From the IMG/VR virus record IMGVR_UViG_3300037484_000907, positions 1 to 27,783 of that record: a DNA stretch of 27,783 bases. One strand, 5' to 3'. This stretch comes from a virus. Lineage: Duplodnaviria > Caudoviricetes. The position numbers were made by a program, and so were the translations under genes. Positions 1 through 7,032 of the stretch are shown here, in pieces. Under the pieces are notes generated by a model, which saw only the letters and a list, made by a program, of their open reading frames with translations, made no database searches and had not been told where the DNA came from. Every line of letters starts with the position of its first letter. The first letter of the stretch is position 1.

Positions 1-2
1 AT

Positions 3-737
3 TCCTTTACGTACGTGGCATCGGGGGGCGGTCAATCGGGGGGAGCGGCCTCGATCGCGAGGACAAAAGCGTGCACGCCATCGGGGGGCGGCCAATCGGG
101 GGGCACGGCATCGCTTGCGAGGACAAGAGCCTACGCGGCATCGGGCGGTGCCCAGTCGGGCGGAGCGGCCGCGCTGGCGAGGACAAAAGCGTGCACGCCA
201 TCGGGGGGCGCCCAGTCGGGCGGGGCGGCGGTCACAGAATACGCCGGAGCCGGGGCGCAGGTCTACACCTATGTCGGGACTGGCGGATCGCAGTCCGGCG
301 GCGCGGCCGACAAATCCAGGAGCAAGGTCCCATCCATCTCGGGAGGTGCGCAATCTGGCGGGGCCGCGACCCGGTCGCGGACGAAGGTATTTTCGCCGGC
401 GGGCGGCGGGCAATCCGGCGGCGCCGCCACCGTCTCCAGGACCAAATCGTTCTCCGCGTCCGGGGGCGCCCAAAGCGGGGGAGCTGCGATCGCCGAATAC
501 ATCCCGGCCGGAGGCCAGGTATATGTCTATGCCGGATCGGGTGGGGGACAAAGCGCCGGGGCGGCCGGTCTGTCCAGGACCAGGTCCTGGATGGCTTCCG
601 GCGGCGCGACGGCGGGGGGGACGGCGACGCACGCGCAGGGTGTTTTTGCGCCAGCGCCACCGGGCCGAAGGATTGCGATGAACAAGGATTCGCGCCAGGT
701 CCGGGCACAGCGAGAAACGCGAAGGGGGCGAGTGTGA
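3..737 (+). CDS. Gly/Ser/Ala-rich repeat protein (fibre/collar-like), 5'-truncated by the window edge
   Basis: The frame is open from position 3 (S-F-T-Y-V-A-S-G-G...). It has repeated SGG(G/A)QSGGAA units, and its stop TGA at 735-737 overlaps the next GTG. Confidence 0.8.
   Translation, partial: SFTYVASGGGQSGGAASIARTKACTPSGGGQSGGTASLARTRAYAASGGAQSGGAAALARTKACTPSGGAQSGGAAVTEYAGAGAQVYTYVGTGGSQSGGAADKSRSKVPSISGGAQSGGAATRSRTKVFSPAGGGQSGGAATVSRTKSFSASGGAQSGGAAIAEYIPAGGQVYVYAGSGGGQSAGAAGLSRTRSWMASGGATAGGTATHAQGVFAPAPPGRRIAMNKDSRQVRAQRETRRGRV
9..630 (+). repeat. 60-bp (20-aa) tandem repeat organised into a 258-bp (86-aa) higher-order repeat
   Basis: Units start at 18, 78, 138 and 198. GGACAAAAGCGTGCACGCCATCGGGGGGCG occurs at both 61 and 181. 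TYV/TYV/VYA anchors fall at 9, 267 and 525 (258-bp spacing). Confidence 0.9.
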
Positions 738-1000
738 ACTTCGAGAAGACTCCGCGCGAAGTGCTCGATTACGGGCTCGACTGGACGTCCTGGCTGGACG
801 GTGACACCATCGCGGCCAGCGAATGGAGCGTGCCGATCGACCTGGAGGCTGGCGAGTCCAATTTCTCCGGGACGGAGACGGTGATCTGGCTATCGGGCGG
901 GCTGGGTGGACGGGACTACACTGTGACGAACCGGATCACGACTACGGCCGGAAGGACCAAGGAACGGGTTTTGCTGATCCAGGTGAAGGAGAGCTTGTGA
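734..1000 (+). CDS. Small phage beta-sandwich protein, Gp77-like fibre-tail adaptor family (88 aa)
   Basis: GTG at 734 overlaps the upstream stop. The sequence KTPREVLDYGLDWTSWLDGDTI...VIWLSGG...YTVTNRITTTAGRTKER matches the recalled KxPxxxLDYxxDWxxWL...VWLSGG...NxITTxxGR pattern. The real start is downstream of the ORF-track start at 71. Confidence 0.75.
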   Translation: MNFEKTPREVLDYGLDWTSWLDGDTIAASEWSVPIDLEAGESNFSGTETVIWLSGGLGGRDYTVTNRITTTAGRTKERVLLIQVKESL

Positions 1001-3096
1001 AGCTGCCGCAGTGGTTACGATTCGCCGAAAAACAGCCGGCGGCTGCTGGCCCACCGACCACCGAAGTGGGGACGACCGGGACTCCTTTTTTCGCGGGGTA
1101 TTTGCGGGACTTGGGGGAATACAACCCGACGCTGGAGGGGCTGAGCGCCTTCGCGACATACGAGAAGATGCGGCGCTCGGACGCGCAGGTGGCGGGTACG
1201 CTGCAAGCCATTGGCCTGCGAATCCGCCAGGCGGAATGGTTGGTGATGGCTCCCAAAGATCCAACGCCGGTCGAACAAGAGGCAACGGACCTGGTGCGGG
1301 AGTGTCTGTTCGAGGAAATCAGGTTCGATTCGGTGATCCAAAACGCCCTATTGATGCTGCCTTTCGGATGCGCGGCGCACGCGGATCACTGGTACGTCGA
1401 CGGGAACCGGGTCCGGATCAAGAAGCTGAAACCGTTGCTACCGGTGACGTTCCAGCGGTGGATCGTGGATCAGGAGACGGAGGAATTACTGGGGATCGAG
1501 CAGTATGGCGCCAAGGGCGACACCTACGTGACGGTGACGGTGGAGAGGGACCGCCTGGCATTGTTTACCTTCCAACAGGAGGGCGCGAATTTTGGGGGCC
1601 GATCAGTGCTGCGGCATATCTACCCGCACTGGTTCATCAAAAGCAATCTGTACAGAATCGATGCGATCTCCTGCGAGCGGAACGGAATGGGTGTGCCCTA
1701 CATCATCATGGGCCCGGACGCCAAAAAGGAAGATCGGACGACCGCACTGGACTATGTGTCGAAGCTCTCGACGCACGAACGAGCCGGGATCGTTTTACCG
1801 AACGGATGGACATTCGGACTGAAGGGCATCGAAGGCGGTTTACGCGACCCCAAAGAATCGATTGCCCACCACAACATGCAGATTGCCGTGGCCGTGTTGG
1901 CGCAGTTCATGATGTTGGGCCAGTCAGAGTCCGGCAATCGCGCCCTGGGGGATACTCTCAGCGATTTTTTCTACTCGGGCTTGCAAGCGACGGCGAAGGT
2001 GATCGAGGAGGAAGTGTCTCGGACCACGATCCGGCGACTTTGCGATTACAATTTTGCGGGCCTCGCGCGTTATCCGCGGCTGGTGGCACAGAAGATCCAG
2101 GCGGTCAAGTTCGAGATGGTGTACCCGGCTTTGAAGGAGCTTGCGGGCGCGGGCCTGGTGCAGGGGGATGACGAGTTGGAGGCGTACCTGCGCAAGACGA
2201 TGGGGTTGCCGGAGGCGGGGAAGACGCCGCGGAAACGGCCGGAGCCGGTGGCGCCGGTGGCGATAACTCCAGTGCCACAGGCAAAACCGATGCAGAAGTT
2301 GCAGGCATCGGCTGCAGAAATGAAGCGGCAGCCGGGGACGGTGGGATCGGACGGCGCGCGGCGGGCGGAGAAATGTTTGGCTTTGGCGGCGATCGTGGGC
2401 GAGCTGGACCGGGGGCGGGACGAAACCGCGGCGGCATTGCGGCGAGCGCGGGCGCGGGTGCAGAAGGAAGTGGTCAACAAGCTGGTCGGCACTCCGGTGC
2501 GGAATTTGCATCGGGTGTCGATCGCTCCGGACCAGAAGCTGCTCGGTGAGGTCGAGGCGATTCTGAAGGGCGTATACGATTTCGGCCTCAACCAGGTAGC
2601 CGAGGAGCGGACGCGGCAGGTGCCGGCGACGGCGGGGATTTTGCGGGCGGCGGATTTGCGATCGCCACTCGGGATTTACGCCGATGGCGTGGTCGGAGAA
2701 TTTGTCAACAACTTGGTGGCTCGCGCGGCGAACGTGGCGTTGGATTGGATGCGGCGGCCGGGGGCGGACACCACCAAGGGCGAGACCATCCTGTCGATCG
2801 AAGAAGAGTTGGACGGGCAGTCGGACAAGTGGATGGACGGGGTGGCGTCGAAGGGGACGAACGAGGCGTTCGCCGAGGGGCGCGCGGACGGGTACGAGGA
2901 GCATAAGGACGAGATCCAGGCGGTGATTTACTCGGCGCTGCTCGATCTGAACACTTGCGAGGCTTGCGCGGCGGCGGACGGGCTGGAGGGCGCCACGCCG
3001 GAGGATGTGCCGGACGTCCCGAATCCGGATTGCGACGGCGGGGACAAGTGCCGTTGCGTGCATGTCTTCGTGTTCGCGGACGAGGTGAGGCAATGA
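997..3096 (+). CDS. Portal protein (DUF935/Mu gp29-like) fused to a C-terminal MuF-like head morphogenesis domain (699 aa)
   Basis: GTG at 997 has SD AAGGAG and a GTGA overlap. Portal motifs are YEKMRRSDAQV, GRSVLR, ERNGMGVP, HHNMQIAVAVLAQFMMLG and GNRALG. The C-terminal YSALLDLNTCEAC...DG...PNPDC...CRC is MuF-like. Confidence 0.88.
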   Translation: MKLPQWLRFAEKQPAAAGPPTTEVGTTGTPFFAGYLRDLGEYNPTLEGLSAFATYEKMRRSDAQVAGTLQAIGLRIRQAEWLVMAPKDPTPVEQEATDLVRECLFEEIRFDSVIQNALLMLPFGCAAHADHWYVDGNRVRIKKLKPLLPVTFQRWIVDQETEELLGIEQYGAKGDTYVTVTVERDRLALFTFQQEGANFGGRSVLRHIYPHWFIKSNLYRIDAISCERNGMGVPYIIMGPDAKKEDRTTALDYVSKLSTHERAGIVLPNGWTFGLKGIEGGLRDPKESIAHHNMQIAVAVLAQFMMLGQSESGNRALGDTLSDFFYSGLQATAKVIEEEVSRTTIRRLCDYNFAGLARYPRLVAQKIQAVKFEMVYPALKELAGAGLVQGDDELEAYLRKTMGLPEAGKTPRKRPEPVAPVAITPVPQAKPMQKLQASAAEMKRQPGTVGSDGARRAEKCLALAAIVGELDRGRDETAAALRRARARVQKEVVNKLVGTPVRNLHRVSIAPDQKLLGEVEAILKGVYDFGLNQVAEERTRQVPATAGILRAADLRSPLGIYADGVVGEFVNNLVARAANVALDWMRRPGADTTKGETILSIEEELDGQSDKWMDGVASKGTNEAFAEGRADGYEEHKDEIQAVIYSALLDLNTCEACAAADGLEGATPEDVPDVPNPDCDGGDKCRCVHVFVFADEVRQ

Positions 3097-4172
3097 CGCA
3101 GGCTGAGAACGGGCCGCAGTTTGTCGCGGTATTGGGCGAGATCGGGGCCGAGGGCCTGGTGCGGATTCCCTTGGCGAAGTTGGGCCGGTGGTTCAAGGGC
3201 AAGCTCCAGTTCTCGATCACGCGAGCCGACGTATCCACGATTGTGGCGAACTTCCGGAAGCGCGCGGCAGACGTCGTGATCGATTACGACCATGGGACGG
3301 AATACGCGGCCGGGAGCGGGCAGCCGGTGCCGGCCTCGGGATGGCTCAAGGAAATCGAGCCGGAGACGGACGGTTCGGGAATACTGTGGGGCCTGGCGGA
3401 GTTTACGGCAAAAGCTCGCGAGATGCTGCGCGCCAAGGAATACAAGTACGTGTCCTCGGTGATCAACTGGGGCGCGCGGGACAAGACCTCGGGCGAGCAG
3501 CAGGGGGCAACGATTACGAGCGTGGCATTGACTAACGTGCCGGTGCTCGAGCAGATGCCGGCGATCGCACTGAGCGAGGCCGGATGGGTGGTGGAGGAAT
3601 CCACCGAAAGGAGAGAGGCGATGGTGAAGAAACTGATCCTGGCGGATCGGGCGGCCTGCACGGCGCGCGCGATCCTCGAGGACGGAACGGAGACGGTACT
3701 TTCGGTGGAAGGTTTGACACCCGAAGTCCAGCCGAAGGTTATCCAACTCTCCGACGTCAAGCGGGCCACCGATGGGCGGTTCGATTTCGCGGCGCTGAGC
3801 GAGAGCGAGCACTCGATCGCTCCGGAGGTATTCCGGGCGATGACGGTGCAGCAGGAACTCGACGCCGCGGTCAAGGAAGGCAAAATCACGCCGGCGGAGC
3901 GGCCGGCGATCGAAGTGCTGGCGCTGAATGATCTGCCGAAATTCCGCGAGTTCGTCGCGGGGCGGAAAAAGCAGATCGACCTGAGCGAGACCGGGTTGTC
4001 CGGCGGCGCCGGGGAAGGCGCCGACCTGGTGAAGATCGACGCGCAGATCGACCAGAAGGCGCGCGAGAAGATGGCCGCGGACAAGGGCCTGGATTATAAC
4101 CAGGCGCTCCGAATCGCGCTGAACGAGAACCCGGGGCTGCGGCGGGCCCGGACGGAGGCCATGCGAGACTAG
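3093..4172 (+). CDS. Mu-like prophage I protein (prohead protease with C-terminal scaffold), 359 aa
   Basis: ATG at 3093 has an ATGA overlap and SD GAGGTGAGG. Motifs are VIDYDH, ASGW, EFT...YKYVSSVI and VALTNVP. The scaffold-like tail includes AVKEGKITPAER and KGLDYNQAL. Confidence 0.9.
   Translation: MTQAENGPQFVAVLGEIGAEGLVRIPLAKLGRWFKGKLQFSITRADVSTIVANFRKRAADVVIDYDHGTEYAAGSGQPVPASGWLKEIEPETDGSGILWGLAEFTAKAREMLRAKEYKYVSSVINWGARDKTSGEQQGATITSVALTNVPVLEQMPAIALSEAGWVVEESTERREAMVKKLILADRAACTARAILEDGTETVLSVEGLTPEVQPKVIQLSDVKRATDGRFDFAALSESEHSIAPEVFRAMTVQQELDAAVKEGKITPAERPAIEVLALNDLPKFREFVAGRKKQIDLSETGLSGGAGEGADLVKIDAQIDQKAREKMAADKGLDYNQALRIALNENPGLRRARTEAMRD
3621..4172 (+). CDS. Nested in-frame scaffold protein (internal start in the protease gene), 183 aa
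   Basis: AAGGAG at 3608-3613 lies 7 nt before an in-frame ATG at 3621, right after the protease domain, analogous to Mu I/Z. Confidence 0.65.
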   Translation: MVKKLILADRAACTARAILEDGTETVLSVEGLTPEVQPKVIQLSDVKRATDGRFDFAALSESEHSIAPEVFRAMTVQQELDAAVKEGKITPAERPAIEVLALNDLPKFREFVAGRKKQIDLSETGLSGGAGEGADLVKIDAQIDQKAREKMAADKGLDYNQALRIALNENPGLRRARTEAMRD

Positions 4173-4230
4173 CTCGCGACTGGCGCGCAACTGGCGCGCC
4201 CTGAGCGGGTGTCGAGCGAGGGAAAAAACG

Positions 4231-4641
4231 ATGACGGGCGAATACAGGACGTACAAAATCACGGATGCCGCGGGCGTGCTGGCCTATCGGGCGGTGGTTC
4301 AGGGCACGAACGAGGGCGAGGTGAAGAAACCGAGCGCAGCGAATGAAGGCAAATTCGTCGGCGTGACACAGGAAGCGCAGGCGACACAAAACCGCGGCGT
4401 GTTGGTGAAGGAGACCGGGCGCACCAAGGGCATCGCCTCGGGCGTGATCGCGGTCGGCGATTGGGTTCGGATCGGCGACAACACCGGGAAGTTCGAATCG
4501 GCGCAGACGGACGTGGTCGCGGTGCCGGGGACGGCCAAGGTGAACTACCCGGTCGGAATGGCGCGGACGGCGGCGGGAGCGGACGGAGACGAGTTCTGGT
4601 TTCAGATCCAGCCGTTCGTGGTGAAGACCGCGGCATCGTAG
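4231..4641 (+). CDS. Capsid cement/decoration protein (DUF2190-like), 136 aa
   Basis: It lies between scaffold and capsid and shows the pattern YRAV...FVGVTQE...G...ASGVIAVGD.V...G...VGMA.TAA..DGD. Confidence 0.75.
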   Translation: MTGEYRTYKITDAAGVLAYRAVVQGTNEGEVKKPSAANEGKFVGVTQEAQATQNRGVLVKETGRTKGIASGVIAVGDWVRIGDNTGKFESAQTDVVAVPGTAKVNYPVGMARTAAGADGDEFWFQIQPFVVKTAAS

Positions 4642-4780
4642 CCGCGGGCGGTTTGATTCCGTTGAGGCGGCCGGCGTCCCGGCCTGGTGACTGGGGCGCC
4701 GGCGGGTCATATCGCGGCATCTGCCAGGGATTCCGGTGGGGGAGATCGCTCCCCAAGGCGGACGCCGGAGGCCGCGGGCC
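4641..4780 (+). other. Structured GC-rich intergenic leader upstream of the major capsid gene
   Basis: A 13-bp stem GCCGGCGTCCCGG/CTGGGGCGCCGGC (two G-U pairs) and a GGGGAG-ATCG-CTCCCC hairpin inside TCCGGT/GCCGGA. Confidence 0.45.
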
Positions 4781-4806
4781 GAGTTTGGGGGGACAGAGGA
4801 GAGAAT

Positions 4807-5781
4807 ATGCTGCAACGAGCGAGAGTTGATGGGCTGCTCACCAACTTGAGCGTCAAGTACGCCAACGGAATCTACGTGGCGGAACGATGCTACCCGGCCC
4901 TCCCGGTGGATGCGCAGTCGGACAAATATCCGGTCTACGGGCGCCAGAACTTCGTAGCGGTCGACGATCAGCGGTCGCCGGGCGGATTGGCGCGCGAGGC
5001 GAGCTGGTCCTGGTCGGAGGACACTTACTTCTGCGACGGCCACGCGCTGAAGGATTACGTTCCGCGCGAGCGCCAGAACGAGCAGAATCCGTCATTCGAT
5101 CTGATGCAGGATGTGACGGCGTATCTGACCGACCGTATCCTGTTGAACCAGGAAATCAACCTGGTGGCGAAGTTGGCGGCCACGCTCACCGGCACGTCGC
5201 TGGCGGCGCAGACGTCGACCCATTGGGATGCGGCCAGCGGCGGGATATCCAGTTACGACCCGGTGGCAATTATCCGGGCACAGGCGGACGTGATCGGGAA
5301 GCGGATCGGGATGATGCCGAACCGTTTCACCGTATCCCAGCCGGTATGGACGGCCATCCGGAACAACACCAATGTGAAGAGTCTGATCAGCGGCGGAGCA
5401 ACCGTCGGAGATCCGGCGGACATCACCCCGGCGGCTTTCGCCAGGTTGATCGACGTGAACGAAGTCAACATCGGACGGGCGGTGAAGAACACGGCGAACG
5501 AGGGGCAGGCGACCGAAACGATGGACTGGGTGTGGGGCGAGACCGCCTGTCTCTACTATTGCCCGCCGGTTCCGGGCCGGAGGACGGTGGCACTGGGCTA
5601 CACCTTCAACTGGCGCGGCGCGCTCCGGGGGATCGCGGGCGTCAGTGAGGACGGATCGCAGTTTGTGAAGCGCTACTACTGGGAGCCGAACACGGCGGAC
5701 GTGGTCGAGGTGCACAAGTACTACGACCAGAAGACGGTGTCGGTGCTGGCCGGGGTGCTGTTCACGGACTGCCTGACGTAG
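4807..5781 (+). CDS. Major capsid protein (HK97 fold, lambda gpE-like family), 324 aa
   Basis: ATG at 4807 has SD GAGGAG. The N-terminus DGLLTNLSVKYAN...VAE..YP.LPV..QSDKYPVYG...F...DD.R.PG and the later VWGE..CLYY and LGYTF match this family, as does the position. Confidence 0.9.
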   Translation: MLQRARVDGLLTNLSVKYANGIYVAERCYPALPVDAQSDKYPVYGRQNFVAVDDQRSPGGLAREASWSWSEDTYFCDGHALKDYVPRERQNEQNPSFDLMQDVTAYLTDRILLNQEINLVAKLAATLTGTSLAAQTSTHWDAASGGISSYDPVAIIRAQADVIGKRIGMMPNRFTVSQPVWTAIRNNTNVKSLISGGATVGDPADITPAAFARLIDVNEVNIGRAVKNTANEGQATETMDWVWGETACLYYCPPVPGRRTVALGYTFNWRGALRGIAGVSEDGSQFVKRYYWEPNTADVVEVHKYYDQKTVSVLAGVLFTDCLT

Positions 5782-5786
5782 GAGGA

Positions 5787-5808
5787 CGCCGGCTGAAGCC
5801 GGCGCTAC
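5787..5808 (-). repeat. REP-like GTAG palindrome between the SD and the start codon of the adaptor gene
   Basis: The minus strand reads GTAG-CGCCGGC-TTCA-GCCGGCG, a perfect 7-bp stem. Only one copy is present in the window. Confidence 0.5.
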
Positions 5809-5809
5809 C

Positions 5810-6550
5810 ATGGCTGCACCTATTCTGAGTTCGGTTTCGCCGCTGTCCGGACCCCCCGGGACGGCGGTGATCTGCCTGGGCTCCGGCTTCGACGCCGGCG
5901 CCCAGGTCGGATGTCCGGGGCTGGTGGCGACCACGTTTGTGAGCGCCACCGAGCTTCACGCGTCCATTCCCGCGGACCTGGAGGGGCTGGCCGGCAGTTC
6001 GGTGGTCATCTCTATAATCGTTTTCAACGAGGACGGATCCAGTTCAGCGGCGCTCCCATTTACGGTCCGATTTGGGCAGACGTGGACCACGGTGCAGGCG
6101 GTGTGCGGGGAAGTGCCGCAATTCAAGCGGGGCGGAACGATTCCGGACACCACGATCGACGGGTGGATCTGGTCGATCGCGCAGGCGGTCAATGCGGCCA
6201 TGTTGGGGCGCGGACTGTCGATGGATCCGGGCAATTGGGCGCAGCCGGCGGCCGGCGCGTTGGAGCCCGATCCGGCGTCGGTGCTCGAGCTGATCGTGCG
6301 GTACGGGGCGGCAGCCCGGCTGGCGTCAGTGGTGGGATCGCAGTTCGCGGCCACGGGGGAATGGGGCCTGGCGAAGACGCTGCGCGCGGACTTCGACCGG
6401 GAGCTGAAGGCGCTGGCCGGCGGCGCGTACGACAAGATTTTCCGTCCGGGGGCGGCGACGGTGGAGACCGGCACGCTCGTGGGCGGCGGGGACATTGCGA
6501 CTTCGACCGGGGACGCCGACCAGGCGTTCTCGAAAGGACAGGTGTTCTGA
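5810..6550 (+). CDS. Head-tail adaptor (Mu gp36-like) with an N-terminal IPT/TIG Ig-like domain, 246 aa
   Basis: Residues 1-86 (PILSSVSPLSGPPGTAV...GSGF..GAQV...TTFVSATEL.A.IPA...N.DG..S..LPFTV) follow the IPT/TIG pattern. The rest (WTTVQAV...IDGWI..IAQAVNAAM..RG) is helical and adaptor-like, directly after the capsid gene. Confidence 0.75.
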   Translation: MAAPILSSVSPLSGPPGTAVICLGSGFDAGAQVGCPGLVATTFVSATELHASIPADLEGLAGSSVVISIIVFNEDGSSSAALPFTVRFGQTWTTVQAVCGEVPQFKRGGTIPDTTIDGWIWSIAQAVNAAMLGRGLSMDPGNWAQPAAGALEPDPASVLELIVRYGAAARLASVVGSQFAATGEWGLAKTLRADFDRELKALAGGAYDKIFRPGAATVETGTLVGGGDIATSTGDADQAFSKGQVF

Positions 6551-6927
6551 TGCAGGGTTTGATGCGGAAAGGATCGTGGTGGGCCACGGTGGGCATGTTT
6601 GCGGCGCTGCTGACCTTGATCGGGTTGGGGATAATGGCACCGACGACGGCCAGTCCACCGGGATTGATGCATTTGCAGGCGGCGGAATTGCCGCCCCAGT
6701 TACTTGAGATTTGGGTGATGACTCCGCTCGGGATGGTGCAGGTGCGGCCGGAGGGTTCGATACAGATCGACCTGGCGGCCAGGCCGCCGGCAATTCGCGG
6801 GGCGGAATGCCTCGCGGAGCCCGCTCCGGAGGACGCGAGTAAGAGCGGACTGAGTCGGTGGAGCGACCTGAATCACCAACCTACTCAAAGGCCGATACTC
6901 TTCTTGCCAATCCGGGGGCCGAGCTAG
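6550..6927 (+). CDS. Hypothetical membrane-anchored or exported protein, 125 aa
   Basis: It is TGATG-coupled to the upstream stop. A basic N-terminus is followed by hydrophobic WWATVGMFAALLTLIGLGIMA. Confidence 0.55.
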   Translation: MQGLMRKGSWWATVGMFAALLTLIGLGIMAPTTASPPGLMHLQAAELPPQLLEIWVMTPLGMVQVRPEGSIQIDLAARPPAIRGAECLAEPAPEDASKSGLSRWSDLNHQPTQRPILFLPIRGPS

Positions 6928-6974
6928 TAGGTTCGGAGTGAGTTGAGGCTATCCTGTCACTGAGTTCGGAAAAT

Positions 6975-7004
6975 GGGCGGGTCAGTGCAGTTACTAACCC
7001 GCCC
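6975..7004 (+). other. Stable intergenic hairpin
   Basis: GGGCGGGT-C-AGTG-CAGT-TACT-A-ACCCGCCC. It has no U-tract, so it is not a classical intrinsic terminator. Confidence 0.55.
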
Positions 7005-7032
7005 GGTAACTTAGTAAGTTGGGAGTAACACG

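Noticed and set aside
18-260. CRISPR array or non-coding tandem repeat
   Set aside because: The 60-bp units are in-frame coding repeats with no unique spacers.
71-733. N-terminal extensions in the ORF track (71, 823, 2955, 4687, 5911, 12434, 13081, 13566, 14774, 15051, 16105, 22153, 22942)
   Set aside because: Most overlap upstream genes in Arg-rich frames (4687 instead runs through the intergenic leader). Better starts, most with an SD or stop-start overlap, lie downstream.
6850-6930. Functional tRNA gene
   Set aside because: The T-stem cannot pair, and there is no D-arm, anticodon arm or CCA. It is kept only as a possible relic.
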